64,000 bases of DNA from Bacillota bacterium. Lineage in GTDB: Bacteria; Bacillota; Sulfobacillia; JAJZYS01; JAJYTV01. The stretch lies in assembly GCA_021799275.1 (NCBI GenBank), contig JAJZAT010000001.1, positions 161,431 through 225,430 on the forward strand, in the 5' to 3' direction. How positions within the stretch are numbered: the first letter of the stretch is position 1; each line of letters begins with the position of its first letter. The translations under genes and the position numbers were made by a program. The notes beneath the pieces are model-generated. The model saw only the letters and a program-made list of their open reading frames with translations, did no database searches and was not told the origin of the DNA. Shown one piece after another: positions 62,818 to 64,000 of the stretch.

Positions 62818-63297
62818 ATGCCTGCCGGCAGGATCGTGGAGATTGTGATCCGGTGCATCGCCGTGTACGCCATCATTCCGTTGGTCAACAGCCTCGCCGA
62901 TTGGCTCACGATCGTCTTCCAAACAGGCGTCCCCGTATCGGTCCAGTTACCTCTACTTGTCGCGACCCTCGTGCGTCTAGGGCTTGTCCTTCTGCTCTGG
63001 CTCCTGGCGCCAGCGATCGGGCGCAGGATGGCCCTGCCAGGCGAAACACTGCCTACCGCCTTGGGACTAGGCAACGCCACGTCGCTCGGTTTCGGCCTCG
63101 TGGGCCTCACTCTGGCCGTCCTCGCCCTTGGCAACATCGCCGTCGGCGCCACGGACCTGCTTTCGCTGCCTCGCGGGATCCCACCGTTGGGTGCGGGCGC
63201 CCTCTGGGGCGGTGTCGTGCAACTGATTGTCGGCCTCGGCGTCTTCGTCGGCGGCAGAGCCATCAGCCATGCCTTTCTGGCCGTGCGTCGTGCCTGA
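62818..63297 (+). CDS. small polytopic membrane protein, unknown function
   Basis: ATG at 62818 follows GGGGGTGA. Four hydrophobic helices (MPAGRIVEIVIRCIAVYAIIPLV...). Confidence 0.5.
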   Translation: MPAGRIVEIVIRCIAVYAIIPLVNSLADWLTIVFQTGVPVSVQLPLLVATLVRLGLVLLLWLLAPAIGRRMALPGETLPTALGLGNATSLGFGLVGLTLAVLALGNIAVGATDLLSLPRGIPPLGAGALWGGVVQLIVGLGVFVGGRAISHAFLAVRRA

Positions 63298-63357
63298 TGC
63301 AAGCCCAGCGCCCGCGCGTGCTGCAGCGGTCCGCACCGTGTTGAACTCCGGTCCTGC

Positions 63358-63876
63358 CTATCGCGAACGCTCAGCGCCGAAGAAGGGGCCGTAGCCAATC
63401 TTGCCGGTTTGGCCGTTCACGATCGCCCCGTACCATTCTTCGATCTCCTCCCGGACCTTCGGCCACGCGCCGAGCCAATATTCGGTGCAGCCGTGGAGGC
63501 ACGGCGGGAACCTGCCGGAGAGGTCCCTGCCCGCAAACAGGACAACGTACGAGCACGTACCGCTGCTGGTGCCTAGGTCGCCGAGAAGGCCGGTGCGCTG
63601 CACATAGACACTTTGCGGAGCCTGCCACCTGACGGGCGGAATCTTCTGATAGAGGTTCGTGACCGCGCTGAGCGCTTGCCGGGCGCTGACCCGGCACCGC
63701 CCGGGGGCTACATTCTTCCACTGGACGAACGTCCCGCCGTGCGGCAACGGCTCGTTCCACCCGACCTCGTGCACGAGAACCCGCGAACGACGCTCGTCGC
63801 CATGACCGCCTGTGGCACAGCTGGCGAGCGCCAAACCAAGCAGCGCGCAGACGGCCAGAACCTGTCGATGGATCAT
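63358..63876 (-). CDS. lipoprotein, unknown function
   Basis: MIHRQVLAVCALLGLALASCATGG lipobox, with Cys-containing mature domain. Confidence 0.65.
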   Translation of the reverse strand: MIHRQVLAVCALLGLALASCATGGHGDERRSRVLVHEVGWNEPLPHGGTFVQWKNVAPGRCRVSARQALSAVTNLYQKIPPVRWQAPQSVYVQRTGLLGDLGTSSGTCSYVVLFAGRDLSGRFPPCLHGCTEYWLGAWPKVREEIEEWYGAIVNGQTGKIGYGPFFGAERSR

Positions 63877-64000
63877 CGCGTATCTCCCTTGAGACGCTGT
63901 CCGGAGGTGTGCCCGCCACCTTGATGGAGGGCGCGCCCCAAGGGCCTCGCCTTCCGACCTACGGCTTCACCCTGCGGCGACTAGGTGCCACCCTCGACCC

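Noticed and set aside
1-64000. Search by eye for CRISPR arrays, tRNA/rRNA genes, IS elements/transposases, integrases and phage structural genes
   Set aside because: No regularly spaced repeats, no cloverleaf-like or rRNA-like low-GC conserved blocks, and no DDE/tyrosine-recombinase motifs were recognised in any ORF. The absence is based on manual reading only.

Overview
High-GC (about 65-72% by eye, not computed) chromosomal segment of a Gram-positive-type bacterium. Supporting signs are strong GGAGG-type Shine-Dalgarno sites, many GTG/TTG starts, frequent 1-4 nt gene overlaps, a GAAC-N4-GTTC LexA box, Bacillus-like ctaA/ctaB/ctaCDEF/ctaM and ytr-like operons, and PspAA/PspAB partners. I support about 70 protein-coding genes. 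I recognised no rRNA, tRNA, CRISPR array, transposase or phage block. Main blocks in order:
- 0.7-6.2 kb: LexA-boxed error-prone polymerase cassette (imuB-like, 81-aa ORF, dnaE2), interrupted by an antisense GNAT gene and ending in a PII-like c-di-AMP receptor gene.
- 7.2-9.3 kb: CPT-like kinase, stand-alone TOPRIM protein and a methyltransferase.
- 9.4-12.3 kb: 4-gene coupled operon of pseudo-nitrilase, nitrilase, PaaI thioesterase and HD hydrolase.
- 14.2-15.7 kb: htpX-pspAB.
- 15.9-23.4 kb: envelope glycosylation locus built around UDP-sulfoquinovose synthase.
- 23.4 and 30.3 kb: two HD-GYP paralogs, one degenerate.
- 25.1-28.9 kb: ytr-like ABC operon with a YtrA-type operator.
- 31.6-32.6 kb: pspA-pspAA.
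- 34.9-41.2 kb: caa3 oxidase and heme O/A synthesis.
- 44.5-50.9 kb: polyphosphate-related genes (PPK2, then a tightly coupled Tmk-like/Tmk-like/HD/Ppx operon) flanking a lower-GC islet.
- 53.3-57.1 kb: YheI/YheH-like exporter pair, followed by nth and an ABC-2 system.
Best candidates for undescribed biology are the dnaE2-coupled c-di-AMP receptor within the split mutasome, the Tmk-like x2/HD/Ppx operon, the nitrilase/pseudo-nitrilase operon, and the sqdB-centred GT2/GT-C locus. Several apparent frameshifts and missing canonical starts sit at homopolymers, so assembly errors must be excluded. All family calls rest on motif recognition by eye and memory. No database search was run.
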